From Candidatus Heimdallarchaeota archaeon (lineage in GTDB: Archaea; Asgardarchaeota; Heimdallarchaeia; Hodarchaeales; Hodarchaeaceae): 64,000 nucleotides of DNA. Under the pieces are notes generated by a model. The model ran no database searches and had not been told where the DNA came from. It saw nothing but the letters and a program-made list of their open reading frames with translations. The stretch's first letter is position 1. Every line of letters starts with the position of its first letter. The position numbers and the translations under genes are program-made. Location: NCBI GenBank assembly GCA_020353515.1, contig CP070695.1:2770155-2834154 (forward strand), read 5' to 3'. This document shows positions 53,585 through 64,000 of the stretch, piece after piece.

Positions 53585-55444
53585 TCAATCACTTTCTCTT
53601 ATTGTGTGGTTTGACACAACAAAGTTCTCCAAAACAGGCTGAATTGACGTAAAAGGGACTCCTGTTGTAGCAATGAGACTACTGACAAGAATTATATTCA
53701 TTTGATCCAGTTCTTCTATCGAAAAATCTTTATCTGAAAGAAGGATGCTTACAAATTGTGAGGTTAGAAGGGGGAACTCTGGATCATTGAAAGGAACTTT
53801 TTTCAAGACAGTCTTAATATTTTGAATAAATGAAACCCCTAACTCAACAAATTTATTATTTAAAGGTATTTCAAAAAAATCAAAATTGTAAAGGAGTTCT
53901 TCCACCTCAACAGGAGAAGGTTCAAGATCTGATACGAAAATGGCTTCTTTTGTGATCATTTCTAGGTGAAGGGCTAGTCGTTTTTGTTTGAAAACATTAT
54001 CGCTCCGAATTAATCGTTTTACAGTCAATCTAACATCGTGATAGTATTTATCATCACATTGATCACCTAAATAATTAATGGCTTGAAGAAGCGTTAGAAT
54101 TGTTCGTCCAAAATTCTTGATGGCCGTTTGGTGGCCTTGGAAGACATCTTGTCTGAAATCTCGGGAAAGAATCATAATGGATACACGAAGTAAATTTTCA
54201 AAGAAGTGACCGAAGTGGCTATCCTTCGTTTGTTTTATTTCATCAAGAGTTTCTTCTAGCTCTGATATCTCTTCCTGATCTATTGCATATCGCTTCATAG
54301 ATGCTTCTAATTCATCAACATTCCTTTGTTGAATTCCAGCTGGATACTCTCTTTTATGAACATGAGATGCCTTTAAAATCGGAACGATTGCGAGATTTTG
54401 CCTTTCTGGATCTTTTTGCTCTTGATAAATATCTTCGATTAATTCAATAGCCTTAGATAGGTGATAAAACACAAAATCTTCCCCTAAAAGATATTCTAAT
54501 GCTAGGTTAAAGATAGCTCCGAACCATTTTACATGAAAGCTTTTCGAAAATGAAAAGCTGGTCAAAAAAATGTTCTCTATATGCCACATTTCACGAGTAA
54601 TTAGCGAAGGATTAATGTAATACTTATTGAAAATATAATGTTTAAGTTTTCGAGATGGTTCATAATCGATAGAATTTTCCTCTAAGACCATTGCGGGTAG
54701 CCAAACAGGAATGAGAGAAATCGTATAATTGAAGGCTTTCGCAAATTCATTAAGATCTTTGATCTTTATCTCTCCCTTTTGGAATGGAATTTCAAGAACG
54801 GGTGGTGTAATACCCTCTGATTCCTCTATACGAAGTTCAACACTATAGAAATCTACTAGTGGATTGCTTAAACCTCTCTTCATCATCTCCACATTGACAA
54901 AAATATCCTTGAGAGAAAATAGAGCAATTTGTGAAATTTGTTTAAGAAAAGTTATTAGTTCATCTTGATCGAAACTTTCAGGCGGCATAATAGAAGCTAA
55001 ATTAGTGAAAAAATCTAAACTAAAAACTAAGGAGCTCCGTAATCGAACCTCTAAACCACGTTGTCGTTGGATAGAATGGAGAATTTCGTGATAAATTAAT
55101 CCAATGAGTCCATTTCGATGAACAGATTTAAGCAGGGGAGATTCTTTTTCTAATTGAATGAATACAAATTCTGTATCCTTATAACCATACGAAAAAGAAG
55201 TCTGAAAAGGATCTGCAAAAAATCGTTTAAGATCATCAATCTTTTCTTGTGGTAAATCAGTTTTTGTCATATACGAAAGGACTTCAGCTTTGTTTTTAAT
55301 ATCCGAGAAAATCAATGTCAATTGTATTATTGGTTCACAGAGGGTCTTCAACATTGGAGAGGCTAGAATTTCCTCTAGATCATCCTCAATATCCTTAAAA
55401 AAATCTAATAAAACAATATTCAGAGAACTACCTGAATTTATCAT
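53585..55444 (-). CDS. Hypothetical acidic helical protein with HEXXH motif
   Basis: 619 aa; GLIYHEILHSIQR followed by a KDIFVN helix. Confidence 0.7.
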   Translation of the reverse strand: MINSGSSLNIVLLDFFKDIEDDLEEILASPMLKTLCEPIIQLTLIFSDIKNKAEVLSYMTKTDLPQEKIDDLKRFFADPFQTSFSYGYKDTEFVFIQLEKESPLLKSVHRNGLIGLIYHEILHSIQRQRGLEVRLRSSLVFSLDFFTNLASIMPPESFDQDELITFLKQISQIALFSLKDIFVNVEMMKRGLSNPLVDFYSVELRIEESEGITPPVLEIPFQKGEIKIKDLNEFAKAFNYTISLIPVWLPAMVLEENSIDYEPSRKLKHYIFNKYYINPSLITREMWHIENIFLTSFSFSKSFHVKWFGAIFNLALEYLLGEDFVFYHLSKAIELIEDIYQEQKDPERQNLAIVPILKASHVHKREYPAGIQQRNVDELEASMKRYAIDQEEISELEETLDEIKQTKDSHFGHFFENLLRVSIMILSRDFRQDVFQGHQTAIKNFGRTILTLLQAINYLGDQCDDKYYHDVRLTVKRLIRSDNVFKQKRLALHLEMITKEAIFVSDLEPSPVEVEELLYNFDFFEIPLNNKFVELGVSFIQNIKTVLKKVPFNDPEFPLLTSQFVSILLSDKDFSIEELDQMNIILVSSLIATTGVPFTSIQPVLENFVVSNHTIRESD

Positions 55445-55662
55445 AAGTCTTGCTTCCAGAAGATAGATTGTTGATCCAATAAGCTATAAAATGATCTTTA
55501 AAAAAGTCTCTTTCTTTCATCTTCAAACATTTTAATTGATAATAATCTTTATAAAGGGCTTATAAATATTTGAGGATATTTGATTGATAACATCTCACGA
55601 TCTATAAAAAATAGCTTTTGAAACACAGAGGGAACAAATTATCTGGGTTTAGTGAAATTTAA

Positions 55663-57204
55663 ATGGCTTATCAACGCAAAACGTGGAAAAAGTTTATGAA
55701 AACAATATTATCCCAGATTTCTGTCTATATTGAAAATTATTCCCCTTCAGATCAGATCATACTCAATGAATTCATTTCTATTCTACAAAATTACGAAGTT
55801 GATACCCAAGAAGCCCGTCGTCATCTTTTTCAACTTTTTGAGAGTTTCCAGACCAAATATCGTGACAGTGAGAAGTTATTAACTCAACCTTTCCTGTGGT
55901 TTGTTGAGAGTTATTTCACAAACGCCTCTAAATTACTGAGTGTTGCTAGTTTTCATGCGGATGATTTTTATGAATATTTCGTAAAGCAGCTCCGTGGTTA
56001 TCCAGACATAGAGGGAGTCTTTAAACTACTTCAGAAAGGAACACCATTAACAGATCTCAGATGGGAACAGCTTCAATATGCTTGTAATCGTCTTAGCGTT
56101 CCTCTCAAAAGCGAGGAACTTCATGCTCTTGAAACAGTACACAATCTATCTCTGGAAACAGGAATAAATGCTCTAGATCAAAGGTACATAAAGACTAATA
56201 TATTTAACAATGTAAAATCACCTACTCTCTTAAAAAAGATAGAAAATCTCTTTCTAAGATTAGATTCTAGATGGCTCCTTCGGTTTTATACCCCTGCATT
56301 TGACTTGGAGCTACTATTTTTTCAGTTTCAATTAAATAAATCGACTTCTTTGAGAGAAATTATTGATTTTCAAAATCCAAATAACACCACTCTATGCAAT
56401 AGTAGTGTCTATTGGATAAGGGGTTTCCGAAATATGTATTGTGGAATTTTAGTTGTACCTACAAGTTCTATTCTTTCCTTACAAAGATATTTACAAAGAT
56501 GTCACCGTCAAGGTCAAATAGTTCTCTATGAGTTGACAAAAATCATTACTTCTCGATTAAGTGTTTCATTGCTACTCTATCAGACTACTAAAGGGTGGCG
56601 TACTCCAACCCAAACAGATTGGAACAGGTTAGTTCCAATGTTAAAAACTCTGTACCCACGTAAAATGCGCATGAAACTTACATCTTTTTACTTAACACCC
56701 CCATTTAATGAGCTTAAGCTTGATCATCATGATTCCTCTCAACTAATTAGTCTTTTTTGCAAAATTCCTAGACAATTTTCATTTAAAGAATTACCATTAG
56801 GCGCAAATGAAGATCAAATACAGTTCGAACTATCTAAAGCTGATATTAAGCTATTAGAGGAAATATGTCTTCGAAAAATTGTGCAAATCAGTTTTATTTC
56901 TACAAGATTAATCTATGAGTTTTCCCTGGACAATTATTGGATAAAACTTCCCAAAATGCCTCTCAATCAACTTTCAAGGTTATTGGCTTGGATTCCTTTT
57001 TGTCGTCTTTATTTTGCAGAAAAAAATATTTTTATTTGGTCTTATTTAACTCAAGAGTTGGCCCAATGGTTAAGTACAGATCTTGAATGGACTGTTATGC
57101 GAATTATAGAAAATCATACCCCCTTAAGTTTTAGTTTTAATTGGTACACTTCCAAATCTCAACAGTGGAAAACACCTCTCATTTTAACCACCGAGAGGCA
57201 ATAA
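55663..57204 (+). CDS. Hypothetical protein (possible repeated wHTH/ferredoxin-like regulator architecture)
   Basis: 513-aa ORF with no confidently recognised motif. Confidence 0.6.
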   Translation: MAYQRKTWKKFMKTILSQISVYIENYSPSDQIILNEFISILQNYEVDTQEARRHLFQLFESFQTKYRDSEKLLTQPFLWFVESYFTNASKLLSVASFHADDFYEYFVKQLRGYPDIEGVFKLLQKGTPLTDLRWEQLQYACNRLSVPLKSEELHALETVHNLSLETGINALDQRYIKTNIFNNVKSPTLLKKIENLFLRLDSRWLLRFYTPAFDLELLFFQFQLNKSTSLREIIDFQNPNNTTLCNSSVYWIRGFRNMYCGILVVPTSSILSLQRYLQRCHRQGQIVLYELTKIITSRLSVSLLLYQTTKGWRTPTQTDWNRLVPMLKTLYPRKMRMKLTSFYLTPPFNELKLDHHDSSQLISLFCKIPRQFSFKELPLGANEDQIQFELSKADIKLLEEICLRKIVQISFISTRLIYEFSLDNYWIKLPKMPLNQLSRLLAWIPFCRLYFAEKNIFIWSYLTQELAQWLSTDLEWTVMRIIENHTPLSFSFNWYTSKSQQWKTPLILTTERQ

Positions 57205-57438
57205 TTACTCAACTAGTGCAATTTAGGAAATGAGAGGAGAAATAAAGGAGAAAGTTTGATCCAAAAATCATGAAGCTACTTTTTAGGATCATTTTCCTAT
57301 TGATCTGGGCCAATGCCGCCAGGAGGAGGGGACACAATTTTAACCTCATACCTCCACTCCTACAATTTAATATAATCTCCCAACTTTTTTTCCTAGATGA
57401 ATTGCAACAAGTGGAAAAAAATCCAAGATAATCTGTTT

Positions 57439-59619
57439 TTACAGATGAGTTTCAGTTGGATCAAAGACCAGATTTTGATAAGATTCACGTAATCGTTTCT
57501 GTTGAGGAATATCTTGAAGTGTAGTAATATCCATTGAGGATGATGGATCAACAGGGAAATTGTGGGTCTTCATAAGAGAAATTTGACCGTTGATTGAGAG
57601 TAAACAACGTCGCTCATCAGGGTTTGCTTTTAATAAATCACGAAATTTCTCATAGTCAGTTTTAGATATACCAAGTAAGTTAGATATGACATAAGGATCA
57701 AATTTGGTAAAGAAAACAGCCAAAACGCCTGTATTTGTTAATATAGGCTGCTCAACAATCGGATCAGTACCAATGAATATCATTGATATATCATAAGCCC
57801 GTAAGGTCCAAGGACCCTTTGCAATCATTGACTCTGGAGTCCTAGATGGGTAACTTCTAGCAGGAATGAGTTTTTGAATCTCATCGAGAACAAATATATT
57901 CTTTGGAAGGCTACCCTCCTTGAAAGGTGATCGAAAGCTTCGAACAAAATAGTAAATGTATTGCAGGATAACATCTAGAAAGATTTGTCTTCCTCTTTGG
58001 TCTTCCATTGACTCAAACGCTGAAAGGTCAATGATTCCATTCTGATCTAATAATTGGGATAATTCAAAAGTTGTTTTGTGAACAGTAAAACATCTGCCTG
58101 TATTACCAAAGAAGAGTTTTTCAATACGATTCAGAATACCTGCAGCGGTGTTATCGAGATAGGCGCCTTTCATTCCTAATTCATGGGGCATGTTAAGGCA
58201 ATTAAGAAATGTCTGAAAATCCCCCTGATCTTTCACAGTTTGAATGACCGCCAGATGAAGAAGACGACGCATTTGGGGCGAAATCGCATCTGAATCTTCA
58301 AATGTATGTTCAAGAAGAGACACAACAAATTGAATATGATCCTCTATTGGTATAATGCTGTCTCCGTGTTCATTCTTGGGAATTTGGAAGATATTTATCC
58401 CCCAAGGAAATGTAGTAGAACCAGGTTTCAAATAAATTAAATCCTTACAAAAAGATTTAATTGGAGCTAAGTATTCACCTTTGGGATCAAAAATAAGGAA
58501 TTTTACGCCCTTTAGGAGAAATTCCTTGATTAATCCATATACAAAACGACTTTTTCCCTCACCAGTCATACCAAAAACAGCCATATGTCTACTTAGATTC
58601 TTACCATCAATTAGAAGAGGAACATCTGAGGTCTTACCGCTAATAATAGGAATGCCAAGATTAATGGCTTGTAGAGGTGCTGTACTATTAATACCAGAAG
58701 ATAACATATAATCTTCTTTATTTGGGACAAGAGTGTAACCTTCATATGAGAATTGTCGTTGAGGAGGGGAAATTAGACTCATCAATGAATAACCATCTAA
58801 AATCGTAGGAGAAGTTTGTTTTCGTTTTACACAGAGATTTCTAAGGGAAGAAAATCGATGCCAAAAAGTCGGATAGATACACACTTTGAATCCATTAGAG
58901 ATTAATAGAACTGATAATCTATCAAGTTTTAATTGTAGAGCCTTTAGGCTGTTTTCTACAATTATAACTCGCGGTGAGAATTTGAAACAACCAGTTTCTT
59001 CCATAATATTTTTTCTTTGAGGATGAAAACGACGTTCTACTTTTCCTTGTTGAATATCAAATCGAACTTGAGTCAAATGATTTTCTTGTCTTTTATTTGT
59101 CTGATATTCCTTCGGAAGTTTAACAGGTTCGAAAATCAATTGTACAAACGCAAATTGGGGAGATTCTGTTAAAATTTCAAGAAAATCATCTGAAAAACCG
59201 TCAGCTGTTGTAATGGGTTGATCAATTTTATTTTCTAATCCTATTATTCCTCCACAATAGTATTTGGGACCACCTGAACCTAATTGAAACCTGGGCCGAA
59301 GCATTTTTAGTATACTTTGAATAGGAGTTTCTCCTATCTTATGGTAATCAGGATGAAGCCCAAGTTTTGTTGCAAATTGTTGGATAGTTGCGATTCCTCT
59401 TTCAATTCCTTTTTTACGGAACCACTCTTGTGGAAGAGGAATCATCTTGATCCAGACAGTTTTCGGATCAAAAATCGCATATTCTAATGAAAAAGCTTGT
59501 TTAGCATTTTGAAAAACCTTAATGCTAGATTTATCTGCTTTCAGAGGAACCTGGTCAAAATTAAAGGCAGGGATATTCTCAATCATCAGAAACACATCTT
59601 CGTAGTATCTCCCCAACAA
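57439..59619 (-). CDS. VirB4/HerA/FtsK-family (DUF87, CedB-like) ATPase with long N-terminal domain
   Basis: RHMAVFGMTGEGKS, IFDPKGEY, GINIF, IFVLDEIQ, LRAYDISMIF. Confidence 0.85.
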   Translation of the reverse strand: MLGRYYEDVFLMIENIPAFNFDQVPLKADKSSIKVFQNAKQAFSLEYAIFDPKTVWIKMIPLPQEWFRKKGIERGIATIQQFATKLGLHPDYHKIGETPIQSILKMLRPRFQLGSGGPKYYCGGIIGLENKIDQPITTADGFSDDFLEILTESPQFAFVQLIFEPVKLPKEYQTNKRQENHLTQVRFDIQQGKVERRFHPQRKNIMEETGCFKFSPRVIIVENSLKALQLKLDRLSVLLISNGFKVCIYPTFWHRFSSLRNLCVKRKQTSPTILDGYSLMSLISPPQRQFSYEGYTLVPNKEDYMLSSGINSTAPLQAINLGIPIISGKTSDVPLLIDGKNLSRHMAVFGMTGEGKSRFVYGLIKEFLLKGVKFLIFDPKGEYLAPIKSFCKDLIYLKPGSTTFPWGINIFQIPKNEHGDSIIPIEDHIQFVVSLLEHTFEDSDAISPQMRRLLHLAVIQTVKDQGDFQTFLNCLNMPHELGMKGAYLDNTAAGILNRIEKLFFGNTGRCFTVHKTTFELSQLLDQNGIIDLSAFESMEDQRGRQIFLDVILQYIYYFVRSFRSPFKEGSLPKNIFVLDEIQKLIPARSYPSRTPESMIAKGPWTLRAYDISMIFIGTDPIVEQPILTNTGVLAVFFTKFDPYVISNLLGISKTDYEKFRDLLKANPDERRCLLSINGQISLMKTHNFPVDPSSSMDITTLQDIPQQKRLRESYQNLVFDPTETHL

Positions 59620-59674
59620 ATATTGATCTAATGTTTATTTACTCACAAAAATAAAAAAAATCTTGGAATACAGT

Positions 59675-59965
59675 TTATTCTTCACACAAATTAATATAAT
59701 TCTGACGTATTTTGTGGATATTCTCCCATGATACTTCCTCTTCTACAGGTAGTTTATTTATCAAATCCAAAATCGTCTTTAAAAGCTGATTAATAGGAAT
59801 TTTTTTCATATTTTCAATTGATTTGAATTCTATTGGCTTTATTGAATATATTTTCTTGATACTGAGGTTTTTTCGTAGATTCTTTTGTTTAGGTAACAAT
59901 AACTGGACTGAATTCAAAATTACCACGTCAATAACTTCAAAAGAAAGAAGAATATAATTACCCAA
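59675..59965 (-). CDS. Small hypothetical ORF (if real, likely only the last 44 aa from ATG 59809)
   Basis: Low-complexity AT-rich N-terminal half; amphipathic C-terminal part; lies just upstream of the ATPase on the same strand. Confidence 0.25.
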   Translation of the reverse strand: MGNYILLSFEVIDVVILNSVQLLLPKQKNLRKNLSIKKIYSIKPIEFKSIENMKKIPINQLLKTILDLINKLPVEEEVSWENIHKIRQNYINLCEE

Positions 59966-60055
59966 AAATCACAATTCGAGTTTTGATTCTACAATTTCCT
60001 CTTCTATCTCCTCTTCAGTTTCAATTCATTTTATCTTCCATTTCATCATCCATTT

Positions 60056-61021
60056 CTACTTCATTTTTTGGATAATGAATTTGGCGAATTTCTCACTTTG
60101 TTCATAATCCATTGGATAAGGGAACATAATCTGGAAATAATCAAATCCAAGGTCAATAAGATTTTCAAATCCTTGTTGAACAACCTCTGGTGTACCAAAG
60201 AACACGTTAAGGTTATTAATGGACTTCATATATTCCGTAAGTGTTAGGCCCCTTAATTTCGCTCTTTCAGCTAAAATGGTGTCTAATTCATCCTGTGTTT
60301 CAGTAACAATAACTGATGCAAAGAATGATTTCCCGAGAGAATCATAATCACGATTTACTTTTTCGCAATGGTACTTCAAAGCATCTAACAGCTCAGGAAT
60401 GGCTTTTGGATCATTAAACCATCCGAAATTACAATAATCGGCATATTTAGCAACCATATTCAGAATTCTCTTCTTTCCCGTTCCTCCTATAAAAATTGGT
60501 GGTAAACGTTGTATAGGTTTAGGAGCTGAAAAAGCTTCTTTAATTTGGTAGTGTTTTCCATGAAAAGTTACCATAGGATCCACCCACAATTTCTTGATAA
60601 TCTGGATAGATTCTTCTAATTGATCCATACGATCTTTAACAGAGGGAAATGGTATTCCATAGGCGTTATATTCGATTTCCTTCCATCCTGCTCCGATCCC
60701 AAATTCTAATCTTCCATTCGAAATCATGTCAACAGTGGCAGCTATTTTTGCTAGGATTGCTGGATAACGATAACTATTACATGTAACAAGTGTTCCAAGA
60801 CGTAGAGTGCTAGTCTTTGCAGCTAAAGCTGCTAATAGTGTCCATGCTTCCATACAGTTTTTTTCTTCTGACTTTTGGTCTAGAAAAAAATGATCACTAG
60901 ACCAGATAGAGTAAAAACCTATTTTTTCAGCATTTAAAGCAATTTTTTCTACAGTAGCATAATCAAATCCTAGTTGAGGTTCAATTTGTATACCAAAACG
61001 AATAATCATTAATTCCACCAA
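60056..61021 (-). CDS. LLM-class (luciferase-like) F420-dependent oxidoreductase
   Basis: IWSSDHF, EAWTLLAALA, YRYPAILAK.AATVD.ISNGRLEFGIGAGW, PPIFIGG. Confidence 0.93.
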   Translation of the reverse strand: MVELMIIRFGIQIEPQLGFDYATVEKIALNAEKIGFYSIWSSDHFFLDQKSEEKNCMEAWTLLAALAAKTSTLRLGTLVTCNSYRYPAILAKIAATVDMISNGRLEFGIGAGWKEIEYNAYGIPFPSVKDRMDQLEESIQIIKKLWVDPMVTFHGKHYQIKEAFSAPKPIQRLPPIFIGGTGKKRILNMVAKYADYCNFGWFNDPKAIPELLDALKYHCEKVNRDYDSLGKSFFASVIVTETQDELDTILAERAKLRGLTLTEYMKSINNLNVFFGTPEVVQQGFENLIDLGFDYFQIMFPYPMDYEQSEKFAKFIIQKMK

Positions 61022-61699
61022 TCCAGAGGAATATAAACAACTTATTTATCATCTTATTCTAGGTCATTCTAGTCATATTTTACAAATATTCGAATTCAAA
61101 GAATTAAAATGAATTTCATTGATCTTACTCATATTTTTGAGGATAGAATGCCAGGACTTAAACTGAAAAATGAAAATGGTTCGGATACTGTATATACAGC
61201 AAAAATCTATCCATTCTTAACACATAAAGAAATAAAACCAAGACTGCCTTACAAATGCCTTAATTCCACCATTTCATTTGTAAATTAAATTCTCTTCTCC
61301 TAACAATCCGTCATAAAACATAGAAAAACGGAACAAGATTCTATTTATCACCTAGGATAAGGAATTCTTGGAAATTTTCCCCTCCCAGGATGAATGTTAA
61401 AAACTGGGAGGGACTAGATAAAGTAGAAGTTCCACTAGGACATGTTCACAATTTTGACTATAAAAGCAAAGCTAGATAATCAGGAGTAGATGTTAAGATT
61501 ATTACTATAAAAGTGGAAAAAAATGATTAAAATTGAAAATATGGAAGAAGAAAGACTTATTTTCAATATCATCACTCCTGATACCCCAAAGCGAATTAAA
61601 AAGAAGCTTTATGATGCGATTGAAGACTTTGAAGAAAAACGATCAATTTAGAATTACTAATATTTGAATTAGTGATGTTAAACTTCTCAAAGGTACCCA

Positions 61700-63811
61700 T
61701 CACTGCTTTAGTCCAACTGAGTCCAGAATAAAAGCATAGTAAAACGCTGCTTCTTTCATGGCGTCGTAACGCCCCGATTTTCCAGAGTGTCCTTCCCCCA
61801 TATTGGTTTTTAAGAGTAATAAATTTGAATCTGCTTTTAATGCTCGTAATTTTGCCGTCCATTTAGCTGGCTCCCAATACTGGACACGTGGATCATTCAA
61901 ACCAGCTGTTAATAGCATTCTTGGATATTTTTGCTTGCTAACATTGTCATACGGAGAGTATGATTTCATATAATCATAACATTCCTTATCATTAGGATTT
62001 CCCCATTCGTCGTATTCAGTTACTGTCAAAGGGATTGAGGGGTCAAACATTGTATTGATAACGTCAACGAATGGCACTCTAGCCACAACTGCTTTGAATA
62101 GATCCGGCCTCATGTTAGTGACTGCTCCCACCAACAAACCTCCCGCGCTCACTCCCAATATGCATAACCTATCGGGTGAGGTATATCCCTCATTAATTAA
62201 ATGGTTAGCACAGGTGATGAAATCTGTGAATGAATTTTTTTTATGCAAAAGCCTCCCGTCTTCATACCACTTTCGACCAAGTTCGCTTCCACCGCGAATA
62301 TGTGCTATTGCAAAGATGAACCCTCTATCCAATAAACTTATTCTATATGATAAAAATTCTGGATCAATACTGTAACCGTATGAACCATAACCGTAAAGTA
62401 GAAGAGGATTTCTTCCGTCTAAATGAATATTTTTCTTATGAACTAACGAAATTTGGACCAATTGGCCATCCATTGCTTGAGCTGTAATTCGTTCAGTGTG
62501 ATAATTTGCCTGATCATAACCTCCCAATATCTCATCTTGTTTTACTAAATTTCTTTTTCTTGTGTCCATATTAAAGTCGAAAACAGAATTAGGAGTCACC
62601 AGTGAGGTATAAGTAAAGCGTAGTAAATTGGATTTGAATTCTGGATGAACAAGAGTATCTAGGGGTTTTTCACAAGTATAAACGAGGTCAGGAAAATCCA
62701 CACAATAATCTTCATTCCTTTTTTGATTGATTATTCTAATCCTGGGCAAACCATTCTCCCTTTCATGAAACACATGAAAGTTCTCAAAGACCTCAAAATC
62801 CCTCAAAAAAACTGATTCACGGTGAGATATGAGTTCTGTCCAATTCTCTTTTTTCGGATTTGTTACGGAGGTCTTCATAATTCTAAAGTTTTTAGCTGCA
62901 TCATTAGTCCTGATGATAAAATTCTCTTTTTGGTGTTCAATATAGTACTCCATTCCTGGTTGTCGAGGGTGAATTATTGTGAAGTCTCCATCAGGTTCCT
63001 TAACAGGTAAGAAATGTACTTCCGTTGTGACATTACTTTGGAGAGTCATAAGGAAGTATTCTTGATCTCTTGATTTCGTTAAATATAGAAAATAAGCTTT
63101 ATCTTTTTCATGATAAATTAATCGATCTTCTTTAGGATCAGATCCAATTTCATGACGGAATAATTTATAAGGCCTTTTAGTTTCGTCTAAGGTCGCATAA
63201 AGAAAGGATTTATTATCATTGGTCCATTCTAAACTGGATAAGCCTATCCCAAAGGAGTACCCGTAGGCAGTATTTGTGATTCTGTCATCTAGGATTTTAT
63301 TGTTTTTCAAATCTTTAATAAAGACTGTAAATTCTTCAGATCCGTTCACATCAACAGAATAAGCCAGAAATTCGTGATTTGGACTCACTTTGAATGATCC
63401 AATCTTGAAATAATCATGATCAGTAGCTAGTTCATTCTCATCCAGAAGTAACTCTTCTACAAGATCTTCATCAATATTCTTTCGAAAATATTTCTTATAT
63501 TGTTTTCCTTTCTCCATACGGAAATAATACTGATATTCCCTTGCTTTTACTGGAGCTGAAACATCGTCTTCTTTAATACGACTTTTTAATTCTTCAAAAA
63601 GACGATCTTGTAGCTTCTCAGTGTGCTCCATCATCGTTTTGGTGTATTTATTTTCAGCTTTAAGATAGTCAATTACTTCTAGATTGTCTTTTTCTCTTAA
63701 CCAGTAATAGTTATCGATTAGCTCTTCTCCATGGTAAATAAATCTTTTAGGTATTTTTTTGGCGATTGGAGGTTTTAAATCAATATTTGAAGTCATGGTT
63801 AGGACATCCAT
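61700..63811 (-). CDS. ptrB: Oligopeptidase B (S9A prolyl oligopeptidase family)
   Basis: DNYYWLR, YGYGSYG, catalytic GVSAGG, DPRVQYWEPAKW, GHSGKSGR. Confidence 0.95.
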   Translation of the reverse strand: MDVLTMTSNIDLKPPIAKKIPKRFIYHGEELIDNYYWLREKDNLEVIDYLKAENKYTKTMMEHTEKLQDRLFEELKSRIKEDDVSAPVKAREYQYYFRMEKGKQYKKYFRKNIDEDLVEELLLDENELATDHDYFKIGSFKVSPNHEFLAYSVDVNGSEEFTVFIKDLKNNKILDDRITNTAYGYSFGIGLSSLEWTNDNKSFLYATLDETKRPYKLFRHEIGSDPKEDRLIYHEKDKAYFLYLTKSRDQEYFLMTLQSNVTTEVHFLPVKEPDGDFTIIHPRQPGMEYYIEHQKENFIIRTNDAAKNFRIMKTSVTNPKKENWTELISHRESVFLRDFEVFENFHVFHERENGLPRIRIINQKRNEDYCVDFPDLVYTCEKPLDTLVHPEFKSNLLRFTYTSLVTPNSVFDFNMDTRKRNLVKQDEILGGYDQANYHTERITAQAMDGQLVQISLVHKKNIHLDGRNPLLLYGYGSYGYSIDPEFLSYRISLLDRGFIFAIAHIRGGSELGRKWYEDGRLLHKKNSFTDFITCANHLINEGYTSPDRLCILGVSAGGLLVGAVTNMRPDLFKAVVARVPFVDVINTMFDPSIPLTVTEYDEWGNPNDKECYDYMKSYSPYDNVSKQKYPRMLLTAGLNDPRVQYWEPAKWTAKLRALKADSNLLLLKTNMGEGHSGKSGRYDAMKEAAFYYAFILDSVGLKQ

Positions 63812-64000
63812 TAGCGACTCAGAAGAAAATTACCTTTTTATGGACCATTTCAATAATTTTGAGATAGGTTATGAAAGAGTTTTGGATGAATCACAGTAAT
63901 TACCTAAAAAAAAAATTCACAATTCAATAGATCTATTGAAGGCTTTATAAAGGATTTTTAAGGATAAAAATATTTATAAAAGAAATCATATTGAACACCA

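Noticed and set aside
61541-61651. 36-aa ORF MEEERLIFNIITPDTPKRIKKKLYDAIEDFEEKRSI
   Set aside because: Plausible composition, but too short and without a motif or clear RBS to support.

Overview
This is a 64 kb AT-rich archaeal core-chromosome window, most likely from an Asgard archaeon. Support for that call is a Rab-like small GTPase beside a roadblock protein, an OSTC/DC2-type oligosaccharyltransferase subunit, and archaeal RNAP and ribosomal genes. Most genes serve information processing (RNAP subunits A1/A2/D/L, about 17 r-proteins, ribosome biogenesis factors, PAN, HerA/NurA), but the conserved archaeal operons are broken into short, often inverted blocks. Three things stand out. (1) A candidate pilus/DNA-transfer system combining type IV-pilus (Tad/Ups-like) parts with VirB2/VirB4 (Ced/T4SS-like) parts. 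Its core at 10.8-20.4 kb holds VirB2-like hairpin pilins, a CpaF/VirB11 ATPase, a TadC-like platform and a giant surface glycoprotein. Possible outlying parts are a Flp-like pilin facing a GTPase-KaiC-roadblock module, another hairpin protein, a divergent TFB and a VirB4/HerA-like ATPase. (2) Nine tRNA genes carry 12 introns, seven of them at non-canonical sites. Two tRNAs have three introns, and the tRNA-Trp anticodon intron encodes a box C/D guide for its own C34 and C39. (3) Two divergent EF-1alpha paralogues lie in tandem. All family calls come from motif recognition by eye; no searches were run.
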